A stretch of DNA of 63,919 nucleotides, filler included, from Collodictyon triciliatum (lineage: Eukaryota), in NCBI GenBank assembly GCA_043381765.1. It is 6 parts of 4 records of this genome, joined end to end, with 100 filler letters (N's around TTAATTAATTAA, not from the genome) between each part and the next. Parts side by side here need not be neighbours in the genome. Positions count along the whole stretch, not along the records: positions 61,380 to 63,919 come from JBHJMP010000914.1; 5 more parts are not named here. One strand, 5' to 3'. The translations under genes were made by a program, and so were the position numbers. Below, in pieces: positions 62,006 through 63,919 of the stretch. Position 1 is the stretch's first letter. Each line of letters opens with the position of its first letter. Under the pieces are notes generated by a model. The model was given only the letters and a program-made list of their open reading frames with translations. It searched no databases and had not been told where the DNA came from.

Positions 62006-63513
62006 TGTATGGAGGAAATCTACGAAGAGATTAAAGATTTTAAAAAGTAAGTTTTCTAATGCATCCTTCCGATTCATGAATTGTAAGAGGATTTGGTTAT
62101 TGAGGTGGAACGAATACAACATAAAGTTCTACTTTGACAAAAGAGCCAGCCCTACTCGATAAGCGTGTTAAATTTATTGGATTTTTTTATTGGATTTTAT
62201 TTGGATATTTATTGGATATTTATTGGATTTTCATTGGATTTTTTTCCTTTTCTCGCTCTCTGGCTGTTACAGTAGCCGATACTGATTTATGTTCGTGAAA
62301 AATTGTGATAAACCCTTCACTAGTGCCCAACAACGCACTCTTTATAAAAACGGCGACGAATGTATTAGTCCCAGATATTTAAAAATTATTCCCTCGCTTG
62401 GAGTATGTGAGAAACAATTAATGAGATTATTCAGCTAAAACTCGAGACTGCCATTGCGTTCAGCTAATCCAGGTGATACTTGGTCTGGTAGAAACCATTA
62501 CATACATAAATAATTGAATTTTTGGGACATGTGTAGCACTATATACTAATAAATCAGTGAATTAGTTCAATTTGTCTCCAACACATTTTCTTATATTATT
62601 CTTCCTTTCAATATTTTCCAAGGCGGAGGAGATGTTGGCTTTTGTTCGATATTCACCGTTTGCATAGACGCTACTTGGTGGCTGGGTGTTGTCCCCAACT
62701 CAATATTACCTAATCACCTACTATAGTTAATGTTTATAGACCTGATAATGTCTAGAAAATAATGTGTACCTCTTTCTTCGCCATCATCACAATTTTTTGC
62801 AATAAAGATATCATGCAGTTTAGGCATGAGAGGATACCTAAGCCTTTTTTCCTTCTATTCAATCCAAAGAGAGTTGCTAAACCCTATACTTCTGTATTTG
62901 AATCGACATTCTTTTCTTTTTTTTTTTTTATCAAATCGGTGCGCTGCATCCGCGTACGATATCGAATCGCATTCTCTATCCCTGAACTTCCTTTTTCTTT
63001 ATTTTTTTTTTGGTAGCATCCATTTACTCTCTTCGATACACATTCTCCTCTTTATGCATAGATGCTACGATAGGGTCGAGCTTTGTGGATGGGAGATATA
63101 GATTGTTGTTGCATCGAATTTTTATGCAAACGAGACAGTTTTGCCCTTACTAATGTCCTAAAAATCGAAGTCATCCGCAAGTAGTCATCGCACAATTTAT
63201 ATAGGCAATACTCATAATTTGTATATATTAGCCTATATTTTAGCATTAAATAAAATTATCATTGTTGGAAATAGTTTTAAAGAATATAATTTTTATTTTC
63301 CATATTATATAAATCGTCGAGATTTTCTGTGAAAATTTTCTTGGAATGAATACAAAAGAAGTCAAGCCACAAAACTTTAAATTCAGTGAAAATAAACAAA
63401 TTGGATGAAAAGTTCATGTGGTCTATTCCAAATTCGGATTGAGGATTTCTGTCGCGATGTTCGAACCATTCAAAGAAATATCCCCAAAAACTACACCACA
63501 TTAGCCCTGTATA

Positions 63514-63919
63514 ATTTTTTTTCCTTTATTCGATTCAAAGTGCAGCGAGGTTGTGCCATACAAAGGGGCGGGATAGGTGCGCATGGGAGAGAGCAAACGC
63601 GAGTAGGGGAAGACACTACCGTGGAGAGGGTAGCACTGGAAAGAAATCAGTGATAGCGAGTTGGTCAGGCGGCGTCCCAACTGGTTGATTGGTTGCGTGG
63701 GTAGCAGGGGTTGGATATGCTGTGGGGGATATCGCACGACACATTCCCACATCTCTCTTCGCTTGCGGTCAGAGTAGCGAAGAATGCGGGCGTGTTTCAG
63801 CAGACTGTTCAGGAAGCTGTATTGCACGAGGCTTTCCAGCCTGGATACATTGATTTCTCGTTCGGGTGAATCATTAGAGCGAGAGAATGCGCGCACACTC
63901 CATAAGGACCACAGCATAT
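63514..63919 (-). mobile_element. Non-LTR retrotransposon family A 3' end, including AATAAA and short poly(A); runs off the window end
   Basis: Near-identical translation to 1327-1612 (MLWSLWSVRAFSRSNDSPEREINV..). The minus strand ends GCTGCACTTTGAATCGAATAAAGGAAAAAAAA. Confidence 0.92.

Noticed and set aside
62172-62242. TTATTGGAT-type repeats as a CRISPR-like array
   Set aside because: Degenerate ~10-bp tandem minisatellite with no unique spacers; no cas genes.

Overview
An AT-rich, intron-rich eukaryotic (protist, plausibly amoebozoan-like) draft-assembly window. It has many microsatellites, N gaps and five artificial N-TTAATTAATTAA-N contig linkers. Recognisable spliced genes: a TTC39/IML2-family TPR protein, POP5, a CNBD-containing K+ channel, ABCE1, a kelch-ectodomain receptor kinase with kinase-cyclase-kinase cytoplasmic region, DPAGT1, the 3' half of a UBA6-like E1, an IQ-motif protein and the 3' half of a BRM/Snf2-type ATPase with bromodomain. 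There is also an intronless FG-GAP-repeat secreted protein. Mobile DNA: several fragments of L1/Tx1-like APE-RT non-LTR retrotransposons, plus ultra-short (~20-40 bp) 3'-end tags of the same family flanked by target-site duplications. The top finding is a decayed C-terminal Fanzor1-like (eukaryotic TnpB) RuvC fragment at 52476-52868 (-), followed immediately by strand-specific hairpins that look like its omegaRNA scaffold. All calls come from manual translation and motif recognition; exon boundaries and 5' starts are approximate unless stated.
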